Assembly (NCBI GenBank): GCA_041496385.1 | Contig: JBGQEL010000036.1 | Location: 1 to 37,815, forward strand | Direction of reading: 5' to 3' | From: Candidatus Methylomirabilia bacterium | Lineage (GTDB): Bacteria > Methylomirabilota > Methylomirabilia > Rokubacteriales > CSP1-6 | Length of the DNA: 37,815 nt | Shown here: piece after piece, positions 17,708 through 25,617 of the stretch | Layout: each line of letters opens with the position of its first letter | Position numbering within the stretch: the stretch's first letter is position 1 | Notes under the pieces: generated by a model | Databases searched by the model: none | Told to the model about the DNA's origin: nothing | Seen by the model: the letters and a program-made list of their open reading frames with translations, nothing else | Program-made: the position numbers and the translations under genes

Positions 17708-18931
17708 CTAGGAGAACGCGAGCTCGCTCGTGCGCGTGTTTCGCGCGACGACGCGGCCCGCCTTGATGACGAAGAGCTTCTCCGCCTGCTCGGTGATCGC
17801 CTGCGCGGCGTCGCGCGCGTCGAGCACGACGAGGTCGGCGCGGCAGCCCTCGGCCAGCCCGTGGCCCTCGAGCCCGATGGCGCGCGCGGGGTTCGTCGTG
17901 ATCAGCTCCGGGAGCCAGGCGAGCTGGTCGAGATTGCCGAGGTGCATCGCCATGGCCGCGACGAGCGCCTGGCGCAGGAGATCGGGGTGGCCGTAGGGGG
18001 TGAAGGGGTTGACGATGTTGTTCGTCGAGAGCGAGACGTTGAGGCCCGCGGCGCGCAGCTCGCCCAGGCGCGCGACACCGCGCCAGGTGCGCCGGACGTC
18101 GGCGCGCGCCTTCACGTGCATCTCGGTGGCCGGCAGGCTGATGACGTGGATGCGCGCGTCGCGCAGCTTGCCCATGACCCGCGCGCGGTGGTCGGGCTCG
18201 AGCACGTCGAGCATGCAGAGGTGGCCGAGCGTCACGCGGCCCTGCATGCCGCGCGCGATCGTCTGCTCGGCGATGTAGTCGCTCGTCAGCATCGCGGGAT
18301 CGTCGGCGGAGTCTGCATGGAAGTCGAGCGGCACGCCGAACGCCTGCGCCGTCTCGAAGAACCAGTCGATGTGCGCCCGCTGGTCGCGGTCCATATAGGG
18401 ACAGCCGCCCAGCCAGGAGAGCCCCGACTTGAGCGCCTCGCGCAGCAGGTCCTGCGTCACGCCCTCGTGAAAGATGCCCTCCTGCGCGAAGGCGATGAGC
18501 TGCAGGTCGAGGACGCCGGCCAACTCCTTCTGCAGGCGGCGGAGCGCCTCGACGCCGCGCAGCTCGACGAAGCTGTCGATCTCGACGTGGGCGCGCATCG
18601 TCGTACAGCCGTGACGGACGGCGAGCGCCATCACGCGCCGCGCGCGCTGGTAGACGTCCTCCACGGTGAACTTCTTCTTCAGCTCGGCGACCAGCGTCTG
18701 CGGCGTCGGCCCGCCGACGGAGAGTCCTTGCGTGCGGTCGGCGATGAAGGCCTTGTCGGGGTGGATGTGACTCTCGACGAAGCCGGGCAGGATCAGCTTG
18801 TCCGTCACGTCGAGCGTCTCGCCGCCCGGCGCGTCCAGCGCCGCGCCGATCCGGTGGATGCGGCCGTCGCGGATCGCCACGTCCTGGCGGCGGCCGTCGA
18901 TCAGGCCCTGGCGGAGCAGCAGATTGTCCAT
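17708..18931 (-). CDS. Amidohydrolase, cytosine deaminase (CodA)-like subgroup
   Basis: PGFVESHIHPDK, MRAHVE, AFAQEG, DFHAD, TLGH, LPATE, DLVVLD; 407 aa. Confidence 0.88.
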   Translation of the reverse strand: MDNLLLRQGLIDGRRQDVAIRDGRIHRIGAALDAPGGETLDVTDKLILPGFVESHIHPDKAFIADRTQGLSVGGPTPQTLVAELKKKFTVEDVYQRARRVMALAVRHGCTTMRAHVEIDSFVELRGVEALRRLQKELAGVLDLQLIAFAQEGIFHEGVTQDLLREALKSGLSWLGGCPYMDRDQRAHIDWFFETAQAFGVPLDFHADSADDPAMLTSDYIAEQTIARGMQGRVTLGHLCMLDVLEPDHRARVMGKLRDARIHVISLPATEMHVKARADVRRTWRGVARLGELRAAGLNVSLSTNNIVNPFTPYGHPDLLRQALVAAMAMHLGNLDQLAWLPELITTNPARAIGLEGHGLAEGCRADLVVLDARDAAQAITEQAEKLFVIKAGRVVARNTRTSELAFS

Positions 18932-18939
18932 GGCCGTGG

Positions 18940-18945
18940 AGTATA
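18940..18945 (-). promoter_or_regulatory. -10 box TATACT 8 nt upstream of the ATG (probable leaderless transcript)
   Basis: Minus strand reads GC-TATACT-CCACGGCC-ATG with no SD. Confidence 0.55.
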
Positions 18946-18970
18946 GCGCCTCGGCCCGCTTCGAAGCTGG

Positions 18971-19546
18971 CTACGCGAGCAGGCTGGCGACGGCGATTCG
19001 CGCGAAGGGCAGCGCCAGCGGCACGGCGGTGGCCGGCGGCACAAGCGTCTCCACTGAACGGTAGCGCCAGCCATAGAACGCCGCGGGATCCGGGGCGGGA
19101 TCGCGGTACACCTCCAGGACGCGATCGATCAGGTTGACGATCCAGTAGTCCTGAATTCCGGCCCGAGCGTAGAGACTGCCCTTGTGTCCGCGGTCGAACT
19201 CGAGGCTCGCCTCTGCCACCTCGAGGACCAGGGCCGGACGTACGGGGTGGGACGCGCTGTAGTCGGCCCGGGCGCCCGGCACGAGGGCGAGATCGGGTTC
19301 GGGGGCCGACTCGTCGTCGAGCGCCACCGGCATCTGCGCCCGCACGAAGAGGCCCGGCGGGAGGACGGCCCTGAGCGCGTCATCGGCGGCGCCGACGGCA
19401 GTGGCGTGGCGACTGCCCTGCGGCTCGGCGACGACGACCTGCCCGCCGACGAGCTCCACCGCGTCGTACTGGAACACGCCGAGATCCACGAGCCGGTCGT
19501 ACTCGACCCGCTTCCAGCGCCTGAGCGTCAACTGGGGCTGCGTCAA
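18971..19546 (-). CDS. Uma2 (DUF820) family PD-(D/E)xK endonuclease-like protein
   Basis: TTG start; VELVGGQV, H, PEPDL, LVLEVA..S...DR..K..LYA.AGI.DYWIVNL. Confidence 0.92.
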   Translation of the reverse strand: MTQPQLTLRRWKRVEYDRLVDLGVFQYDAVELVGGQVVVAEPQGSRHATAVGAADDALRAVLPPGLFVRAQMPVALDDESAPEPDLALVPGARADYSASHPVRPALVLEVAEASLEFDRGHKGSLYARAGIQDYWIVNLIDRVLEVYRDPAPDPAAFYGWRYRSVETLVPPATAVPLALPFARIAVASLLA

Positions 19547-19555
19547 GCGTCCACC

Positions 19556-19912
19556 CTACGCGACGCCCACGAAGCCCTCGACCGGCACGAGACGCTTGGC
19601 CACCGGGTCGACGGCCAGGAGCAGGCTCTCGAGGGCGACGGCGCCGAGCAGCGCAGGCCCATCCGCCGCGATCAGGCAGGGCGTCGTCACCTCGTCTCCG
19701 TCCAACCGAAGCCGCACCTCCGCGAGAGGCCAGGCTTCCTTGCGGCCACCGGCGGTCTGGATCGGACACGTGCGGCTCGGCCGCAGCTCGAGCCGCTGGG
19801 CCAGGGCGCGCGGGACAACGAGAAATGTCGCGCCTGTGTCCACGAGGACGTCGACGGTCTCGCTCCGGCCCGTGGGGCCGGTGAGGTGCGCGGAGACGGA
19901 GAACAGGCCCAT
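19556..19912 (-). CDS. Clan AA (retropepsin-like) aspartic protease, AF_0612-like
   Basis: MG start at 19912; LVDTGAT catalytic motif; ALLGAVALE...VDP C-terminal motif; 118 aa. Confidence 0.88.
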   Translation of the reverse strand: MGLFSVSAHLTGPTGRSETVDVLVDTGATFLVVPRALAQRLELRPSRTCPIQTAGGRKEAWPLAEVRLRLDGDEVTTPCLIAADGPALLGAVALESLLLAVDPVAKRLVPVEGFVGVA

Positions 19913-19919
19913 GGCTGGC

Positions 19920-19971
19920 ATAGTGCACGGCGCGCCGTCCGGTGGCAATGTCGCCGTTTGGGTACTATCAT
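19920..19971. promoter_or_regulatory. Back-to-back divergent promoters (aspartic protease, leaderless; DinB-family gene)
   Basis: Minus strand: TTGCCA (19948-19943), 17 nt, CACTAT (19925-19920), then 7 nt to ATG 19912. Plus strand: TACTAT/TATCAT at 19963-19971 ahead of the GGAGGAG RBS. Confidence 0.45.
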
Positions 19972-20007
19972 CGAGCGGGTTCGACCACACGTCGACGGAG
20001 GAGAACC

Positions 20008-20490
20008 ATGGGAGCGAGAGCGGAGACGCTGGCGAAGCAGTTCGAGGAAGCGAACAAGGCGATGACCGACACCCTCGGGCGCTTGAGCGACGCGGACTGG
20101 AAGAAGACCACGTCTGCCGAGAAGTGGACCGTCGGCATCGTGGCGCACCACGTCGCCCAGGGGCACGCGGGCATCTCCGGCATCGTCAAGGCCGTCGCGA
20201 CCGGGCAGACCCTGCCGGGCTTGACCATGGCGATGATCGACCAGGGGAACGCGCAGCACGCCGTCGAGTACGCCAATTGCGGCAAGGCCGAGACGCTCGA
20301 GCTGCATAGGAAGAACGCCGCGGCGGCCGCCGCCATCGTCCGCGGGCTCTCGGACGGCGAGCTGGAGCGGAGCGCCACGGTGCTGACCGGCGCGCCCGCG
20401 ATGACCGCCCAGCAGGTCGTCGAGCGCGTCCTCATCAACCACGTCAACGAGCACCTCGGCAGCATCAAGGCGACCATCGGCGCCAGGTAG
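20008..20490 (+). CDS. DinB/YfiT (mycothiol-dependent maleylpyruvate isomerase N-terminal-like) family protein
   Basis: ATG at 20008 after GGAGGAG; W...WTV...AHH and C-terminal NHVNEH metal-binding His pattern; helical, 160 aa. Confidence 0.8.
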   Translation: MGARAETLAKQFEEANKAMTDTLGRLSDADWKKTTSAEKWTVGIVAHHVAQGHAGISGIVKAVATGQTLPGLTMAMIDQGNAQHAVEYANCGKAETLELHRKNAAAAAAIVRGLSDGELERSATVLTGAPAMTAQQVVERVLINHVNEHLGSIKATIGAR

Positions 20491-20522
20491 CGGGAGGGGC
20501 TTCACCCCGGGCCCGGGCTTGG

Positions 20523-20531
20523 TGCTATAGT
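20523..20531 (+). promoter_or_regulatory. Extended -10 promoter (TG-C-TATAGT) for the peptidase-MBL unit
   Basis: TGCTATAGT lies about 40 nt upstream of ATG 20573, which has a GAGGT RBS. Confidence 0.55.
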
Positions 20532-20572
20532 TCCCGCGCCGAACGAAGATCTACTCCGGTCGAGGTAAGGCC

Positions 20573-22288
20573 ATGGCCCGAGCCCAGGACGAGCGCGCGC
20601 GGGAGTTCACCATCTTCGGCCAGGACCCGGCCGTGCGGGACCGGGCGGGGCGGATCGTGCGGGCCCGGATCGCCGTGCCCGCCGAGCGGCTCGACCCGGG
20701 GCCGCGCGGCTACCGGGTCAGCGTCGTGGACTACGACTGCACGCACGACGTGCTCTATCAGCCGGCCGACCTCGACCGGGGGGGCGCCGGGCGCGACCCG
20801 TACGCGAGCCTGGGGGACGACCGGCTCCTCCGCGATCCGGGCTTCCACGCCCAGCACGTCTACGCGCTCGTCATGCACACGCTGGCCCGCTTCGAGGCGG
20901 CGCTGGGCCGGCACGTCTCGTGGTCGTTCGAGTACGGGCACGAGCTGCAGGTGGCGCCGCACGCGTTCCAGGAGGCCAACGCCTACTACTCGGAGCGCAA
21001 CCAGGGCCTGCTCTTCGGCTACTTCCCCGGCAAGCGCAGCCACACCATCTTCAGCTGCCTCTCGCACGACGTCGTCGTCCACGAGACGAGCCACGCGCTG
21101 CTCGACGGCCTGCGCGACCGCTACACCGACCCGTCGGTGGCGGACCAGGCGGCGTTCCACGAAGGGTTCGCCGACATCGTCGCGCTCCTCTCGGTGTTTT
21201 CGATCACCAGCGTGCTCGAGGAGCTGCTCCGCCGGTCCGCGGCCCGCACCGCGCGTTATCGCGCGGACGAGGTGTGGCTCCGCAAATCGGCGCTCTTCGG
21301 GCTGGCGGAGCAGATGGGCCAGGAGCTGCAGACGCAGCGGGGCAGGGCGCTGCGGAACTCGCTCGACATCGAGCCCGCGCGCGACCTGCTCGAGCGGGAC
21401 GAGTTCCAGCCGCCGCACCGGCGCGGCGAGGTGCTCGTGGCCGCGGTGCTGAGCGCGCTCGTGCGGACGTGGGCGCAGCACCTGCGGTTCCTGGGCGCGG
21501 ACCAGGGGCGCCGCGGCGACGCGCGTGCGATCCACCGCATCGCCGAGGAAGGCGCGGCGGCCGCCGCGCATCTCCTGACGCTCGTCATCCGGGCGCTCGA
21601 CTACGCGCCGCCCATCGACGTGCTCTTCGGCGACTACCTGAGCGCGATGCTCACTGCCGATTCGGAGATCTCGCCCCAGGAGCCGCGCTTCAAGTTCCGC
21701 GAGGAGCTGCTCCGGAGCTTCGCCCGCTACGGCGTCCCGCCCACCTCCGACGCCGGCGCCGGGGGTCTCTGGCAGCCCCCGGACGCCGACCCGAACATCG
21801 AGGGCAAGCGGCCGCTGGTCTACGAGCGCGTCCACTTCGAGTCGCTGCGCCAGGACCGTGACGAGGTGTTCCGGTTTCTCTGGGAGAACCGGGCGACGCT
21901 CGGGCTCTACCCCGGCACCTACACGCGCGTCATGTCGGTGCGGCCGTGCGTGCGCGTGGCGCCCGACGGCTTCGTGCTGCGCGAGACGGTCGCGGAGTGG
22001 GAGCAGATGATGGACGTGCGCGCGGCGGAGCTCAGGCGCCTGGGGCTGCGCGCGCCGAAGGGCATGCCGCCCCGGACGCCCATCCGCCTGCACGGGGGCG
22101 GCACGCTCGTCTTCGACGAGTTCGGCAAGCTCAAGTTCAACGTCCACAAGCGGCTGATGGGCCGCGGCCAGCAGCGGAAGCTCGACTACCTCTGGGCCCA
22201 CGGCGGCTACCGGGCGGACGCGGCCGAGGCGCGCACGCTCGCGCCCGGCGGATACTTCGCCGAGCTGCACCGGCAGCGCGCGCTCTGA
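20573..22288 (+). CDS. Cytoplasmic gluzincin metallopeptidase, M4 (thermolysin)/M36-like
   Basis: NAYY, DVVVHETSH (HExxH, 21080-21094), HEGFADI (third ligand E 23 residues later), PHRRG. No signal peptide or obvious propeptide; long C-terminal extension. Confidence 0.82.
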   Translation: MARAQDERAREFTIFGQDPAVRDRAGRIVRARIAVPAERLDPGPRGYRVSVVDYDCTHDVLYQPADLDRGGAGRDPYASLGDDRLLRDPGFHAQHVYALVMHTLARFEAALGRHVSWSFEYGHELQVAPHAFQEANAYYSERNQGLLFGYFPGKRSHTIFSCLSHDVVVHETSHALLDGLRDRYTDPSVADQAAFHEGFADIVALLSVFSITSVLEELLRRSAARTARYRADEVWLRKSALFGLAEQMGQELQTQRGRALRNSLDIEPARDLLERDEFQPPHRRGEVLVAAVLSALVRTWAQHLRFLGADQGRRGDARAIHRIAEEGAAAAAHLLTLVIRALDYAPPIDVLFGDYLSAMLTADSEISPQEPRFKFREELLRSFARYGVPPTSDAGAGGLWQPPDADPNIEGKRPLVYERVHFESLRQDRDEVFRFLWENRATLGLYPGTYTRVMSVRPCVRVAPDGFVLRETVAEWEQMMDVRAAELRRLGLRAPKGMPPRTPIRLHGGGTLVFDEFGKLKFNVHKRLMGRGQQRKLDYLWAHGGYRADAAEARTLAPGGYFAELHRQRAL

Positions 22289-22303
22289 GAGGAGGAACGA
22301 ACG

Positions 22304-23599
22304 ATGCCGACGACCACCAAGCCCTCGGGACCGCCGACCATTCGCATGTACAACGTCGGGTTCGGCGACTGCTTCCTGCTGAGCTTCCCCTACGCGTCGG
22401 GCGGCGACCGCCACCTGCTCATCGATTTCGGCAGCCACCCGAACCCGAAGGGCGCGCCCAAGGGCTTCATGGAGGCGATCGCCAACGACATCAAGGCGCG
22501 CTGCCAGGGCGGCAAGCTCGCCGTCGTGGCCACCCACCGGCACGCCGATCACATCAGCGGATTCACGACGAACCCCAAGGGCACGGCGAGCGGCGACATC
22601 ATCCGCGCGCTGAAGCCGGAAGTGGTCGTGCAGCCGTGGACGGAGCACCCGGACGCGGCGAGGGATGCGCACAAGGCGCCCGCGCTGCGCCTGGCGGCGG
22701 TCGAGTTCCACAAGTCGCTCGCGGCCATGCAGAGCTACGCGGCCGCGCTCGCGCCCAGCCTGGCGCGGCTGCCCGCGTTCCTTCCGGGCGACCTGCGGGC
22801 GCGGCTCGGCTTCATCGGCGAGGACGCCGTCAAGAACGTCGAGGCCGTGAAGAACCTCATGACGATGGGCAAGCGCGCGCCCCGGTACGTCCACGCGGGG
22901 ACCGCGTCGGGCCTCGAGACGTTCCTGCCCGGCGTGGCCATCCACGTGCTCGGCCCGCCGACGCTCGAGGAGGAGCCGGACATCGGCTCCTACGCGAAGA
23001 AGAGCGATCAGTACTGGCTGCGCCGGCGGCAGATCGCGCTCGGGGGGCGCGGCGCGGGCCGCGCGCGCGGGGCGGACCGACCGCTCTTCCCCGGTGCCCG
23101 GCGGCGGGCCAAGGGGCGCTTCCCCGCGCACGCCGGCTGGTTCGTGGCGCGCCTGCGACTGGCCTACGGCGACGAGCTGCTCGGCATCGTGACCGAGCTG
23201 GACGACGTCATGAACAACACGAGCATCATCCTGCTCTTCGAGGTGGCGGGCCAGAAGCTGCTGTTTCCGGGCGACGCCCAGCTCGAGAACTGGACCTACG
23301 CGCTGAAGCAGTACCGCAAGCTCCTCGACGGCGTCAGCGTGTACAAGGTGGGTCACCACGGCAGCCTCAACGCCACGCCGAAGGCGCTCTGGCGGATCAT
23401 GACGGAGGGCGACGCCGCGGTGCCGACGGCGCAGTTCAGGACGCTCATGTCCACGCTGCGCGACGTCCACGGCGGCAAGCAGGGCGCGCCGACCGAAGTG
23501 CCGCGCGGGCCGCTCGTGGACGAGCTGCGGCAGAAGAGCAAGCTCACGACCACGCTCGACCACGCCGACTTCGGCAAGCCCCAGGTGATCCAGATCTGA
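22304..23599 (+). CDS. MBL-fold metallo-hydrolase (ComEC/Rec2-like putative nuclease) with two large insertions
   Basis: NVGFGDCFLL, LIDFG, THRHADHISG, LGPP, NNTS, LFPGDA, KVGHHGS.NAT, MST; AGGAGG RBS 15 nt after the peptidase stop. Confidence 0.85.
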   Translation: MPTTTKPSGPPTIRMYNVGFGDCFLLSFPYASGGDRHLLIDFGSHPNPKGAPKGFMEAIANDIKARCQGGKLAVVATHRHADHISGFTTNPKGTASGDIIRALKPEVVVQPWTEHPDAARDAHKAPALRLAAVEFHKSLAAMQSYAAALAPSLARLPAFLPGDLRARLGFIGEDAVKNVEAVKNLMTMGKRAPRYVHAGTASGLETFLPGVAIHVLGPPTLEEEPDIGSYAKKSDQYWLRRRQIALGGRGAGRARGADRPLFPGARRRAKGRFPAHAGWFVARLRLAYGDELLGIVTELDDVMNNTSIILLFEVAGQKLLFPGDAQLENWTYALKQYRKLLDGVSVYKVGHHGSLNATPKALWRIMTEGDAAVPTAQFRTLMSTLRDVHGGKQGAPTEVPRGPLVDELRQKSKLTTTLDHADFGKPQVIQI

Positions 23600-23614
23600 T
23601 GTAGCCTCGTGGCC

Positions 23615-24652
23615 ATGCCGCAGGCACTGGCGACCACCGTGGTGGGCAGCTATCCCCAGCCCGACTGGCTCGTCGATCGGCAGATGCTGGCGAAGGGCGT
23701 CCCGCGCGTGCGCCTCGAGGCCCTGTGGCGGGTACCGGACGTCTATCTCGAGCAGGCGCAGGACGACGCCACGGTGGTCGCCATCCGCGAGATGGAGCGG
23801 GCCGGGATCGACATCGTCACCGACGGCGAGATCCGGCGCGAGAGCTACTCGAACCGGTTCGCGACGGCGCTCGACGGCGTCGACGTGAAACATCCGGGCG
23901 TCATCCGGAGCGCGGCCGGCCAGGAGACCGTCGTGCCGCGCGTGGTCGGCCGCATCGCGCGCACGCGCGCCGTCGAGGTGCGCGACATGGAGTTTCTCCG
24001 CCGCCACACCGACCGCCCGGCCAAGATGACGCTGCCCGGTCCCTTCACGCTCAGCCAGCAGGCGCAGAACGAGTTCTACCGCGACACGGAAGAGATGGCG
24101 ATGGACTTCGCCGCGGCGGTCAACGCCGAGGCGCACGCGCTGCAGGCCGCCGGGGCGGACGTGATCCAGCTCGACGAGCCCTGGCTCCGGAACGACCCGG
24201 AGGCGGCCGGGCGCTACGCGGTGCCGGCAATCAACCGGGCGCTCGCCGGCCTCAGCGTGCCCACGGCGCTGCACCTCTGCTTCGGCTACGCGGCGGTCGT
24301 CCGCCGGCAGAAGCCGACCGGCTACGCGTTTCTCCCGCAGCTCGCCGGGAGCAGCGCGGCGCAGATCTCGATCGAGGCCGCGCAGCCCAGGCTGGACCTG
24401 GGCGTCCTGGCCGATCTCGCCGGCAAGACGATCATCCTCGGCGTGATCGACCTCGCCGATCCCGCGATCGAGGCGGCGGCGCAGGTGGCCGCGCGGATCC
24501 GCGCGGGGTTGAAGTACGTGGCGCCGGCGCGGCTCATCCTGGCGCCCGACTGCGGGATGAAATATCTCCCCCGCGACACCGCGTTCGGCAAGCTCCGGGC
24601 CCTCTGCGAGGGCGCGCGCATGGCCCGCGCCGAGGTGGCGTCGCGCGCGTGA
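23615..24652 (+). CDS. Cobalamin-independent methionine synthase catalytic-domain-only (core MetE-like) protein
   Basis: TTVVGSYPQP, VTDGE.RRE, KMTLPGPFT, IQLDEP, HLC (Zn), PDCG (Zn). About 345 aa with no N-terminal folate-binding half. TAGCCT -10 lies 7 nt before ATG 23615. Confidence 0.88.
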   Translation: MPQALATTVVGSYPQPDWLVDRQMLAKGVPRVRLEALWRVPDVYLEQAQDDATVVAIREMERAGIDIVTDGEIRRESYSNRFATALDGVDVKHPGVIRSAAGQETVVPRVVGRIARTRAVEVRDMEFLRRHTDRPAKMTLPGPFTLSQQAQNEFYRDTEEMAMDFAAAVNAEAHALQAAGADVIQLDEPWLRNDPEAAGRYAVPAINRALAGLSVPTALHLCFGYAAVVRRQKPTGYAFLPQLAGSSAAQISIEAAQPRLDLGVLADLAGKTIILGVIDLADPAIEAAAQVAARIRAGLKYVAPARLILAPDCGMKYLPRDTAFGKLRALCEGARMARAEVASRA

Positions 24653-25602
24653 TTCTCGAGCTCCGCGACGTCGCGAAGCACTTCCCGATCCGGAGCCCCT
24701 TCGGGCGGCTCAAGGGCTGGCTGCGCGCCGTGGACGGCGTCTCGCTCGACGTGCCGCGCAAGGCCATCCTCGGCGTCGTCGGGGAGAGCGGCTGCGGCAA
24801 GTCGACGCTCGCGCGGACGATCAACGGCATCTACGGGATCAGCGGCGGCACGATCCGTTTCGAGGGTCGAGAGATCAGCGGCCTGCCCGAGGCGGAGTGG
24901 CGCAAGCTCCGGCGCCACATCCAGTACGTCTACCAGGATCCGGGCGTCTCGCTCGATCCGCGCTGGAAGATCGGCCGGAGCCTCCACGAGCCCCTCGTCA
25001 TCCACGGCGGCCGGTCACGCCGGGAACGCGCCGCGCTCGTCGAGGAGATCCTGGACGACGTGGGGCTCAAGGCGGAGCACCTGGAGGCCTATCCGCACGA
25101 GCTGAGCGGCGGCCAGCAGCGCCGCGTCGCGCTCGCGCGAGCGCTCACGCTCCGGCCGAGCCTCCTGATTCTCGACGAGCCGACCTCCGGGCTCGACGTC
25201 TCGGTGCAGGCGACGATCCTGAAACTGCTGCTGGCGCTCCACGCTCGGTTCGATCTGACCTACCTCTTCATCTCGCACGACCTCGGCGTGGTGCGCCTCG
25301 TCGCGCACGAGGTCGCCGTCATGTACCTCGGCAAGGTCGTCGAGCTGGGCGCGACCGCGGAGATCTTCGAGCGGCCGCGGCACCCGTACACGCAGGCGCT
25401 CATCGCGGCGGTGCCCGAGCCCGGCGGGCGCCGGATCGGCGAGGCGTTCCGGCTCGAGGGCGAGCCGCCGGATCCGGCGCGCCTGCCGTCGGGCTGCCGG
25501 TTCCGGACGCGGTGTCCGCTCGTGATGGACCGCTGCGCCGAGGAGGAGCCTCTGCTCCGCGTGACGGGCGCGGGGCGCCGGGTCGCCTGCCACGCCGCCT
25601 GA
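24649..25602 (+). CDS. Oligopeptide/dipeptide ABC transporter ATP-binding protein (DppF/OppF-like)
   Basis: GTG overlaps the upstream TGA. Motifs GESGCGKST, LSGGQQRR, ILDEP, SHDL, HPYT, GCRF.TRCP. Confidence 0.93.
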   Translation: MILELRDVAKHFPIRSPFGRLKGWLRAVDGVSLDVPRKAILGVVGESGCGKSTLARTINGIYGISGGTIRFEGREISGLPEAEWRKLRRHIQYVYQDPGVSLDPRWKIGRSLHEPLVIHGGRSRRERAALVEEILDDVGLKAEHLEAYPHELSGGQQRRVALARALTLRPSLLILDEPTSGLDVSVQATILKLLLALHARFDLTYLFISHDLGVVRLVAHEVAVMYLGKVVELGATAEIFERPRHPYTQALIAAVPEPGGRRIGEAFRLEGEPPDPARLPSGCRFRTRCPLVMDRCAEEEPLLRVTGAGRRVACHAA

Positions 25603-25617
25603 CGGCGCGGGCGCAGC

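Noticed and set aside
22304..23599. MBL protein as a competence ComEC or an antibiotic-resistance beta-lactamase
   Set aside because: It has no membrane competence domain and no signal peptide. The motif set is ComEC-like nuclease type, not B1-B3 beta-lactamase.
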